Assembly (NCBI RefSeq): GCF_006345805.1
Contig: NC_042997.1
Coordinates: forward strand, 25,172,001 to 25,236,000
From: Octopus sinensis
Lineage: Eukaryota
Length of the DNA stretch: 64,000 bases
Reading direction: 5' to 3'
Shown: positions 63,991 through 64,000 of the stretch, one piece after another
How positions within the stretch are numbered: the stretch's first letter is position 1
Layout: every line of letters begins with the position of its first letter
The notes under the pieces: generated by a model
The model's input: only the letters and a program-made list of their open reading frames with translations
The model's database searches: none
Told to the model about the DNA's origin: nothing
Translations under genes and position numbers: made by a program

Positions 63991-64000
63991 TATATATATA

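Overview
Repeat-saturated, AT-rich animal (eukaryotic) genomic DNA with no intact protein-coding gene, rRNA, complete tRNA or CRISPR array. The tRNA-headed SINE families and (AAT)n-embedded LINE fragments resemble those I recall from octopus, so a cephalopod origin is likely (inference, not searched). The window is a mosaic of: (i) at least five SINE families (labelled A-E here), many with readable target-site duplications (TSDs); family A occurs as head+(184-bp)n multimers; (ii) decayed R4/Dong-like non-LTR retrotransposons (RT + restriction-like endonuclease) and a non-coding ~550-600-bp element, both embedded in (AAT)n tracts; (iii) Penelope-like remnants and terminal-repeat fragments carrying minimal hammerhead-ribozyme-like motifs, including a 104-bp fold-back with one motif per arm and a GIY-YIG remnant followed by a tRNA-like segment plus hammerhead core; (iv) DNA transposons: a DD36E Tc1-like copy, mariner remnants, two MITEs, a non-autonomous Helitron and a HINE-like element; (v) very dense simple and compound microsatellites, which account for nearly all low-complexity ORFs in the supplied track; (vi) a 3'-half tRNA-Val copy, one weak candidate terminal exon, and a 100-N gap. 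All alignments were done by eye; no database search was run.
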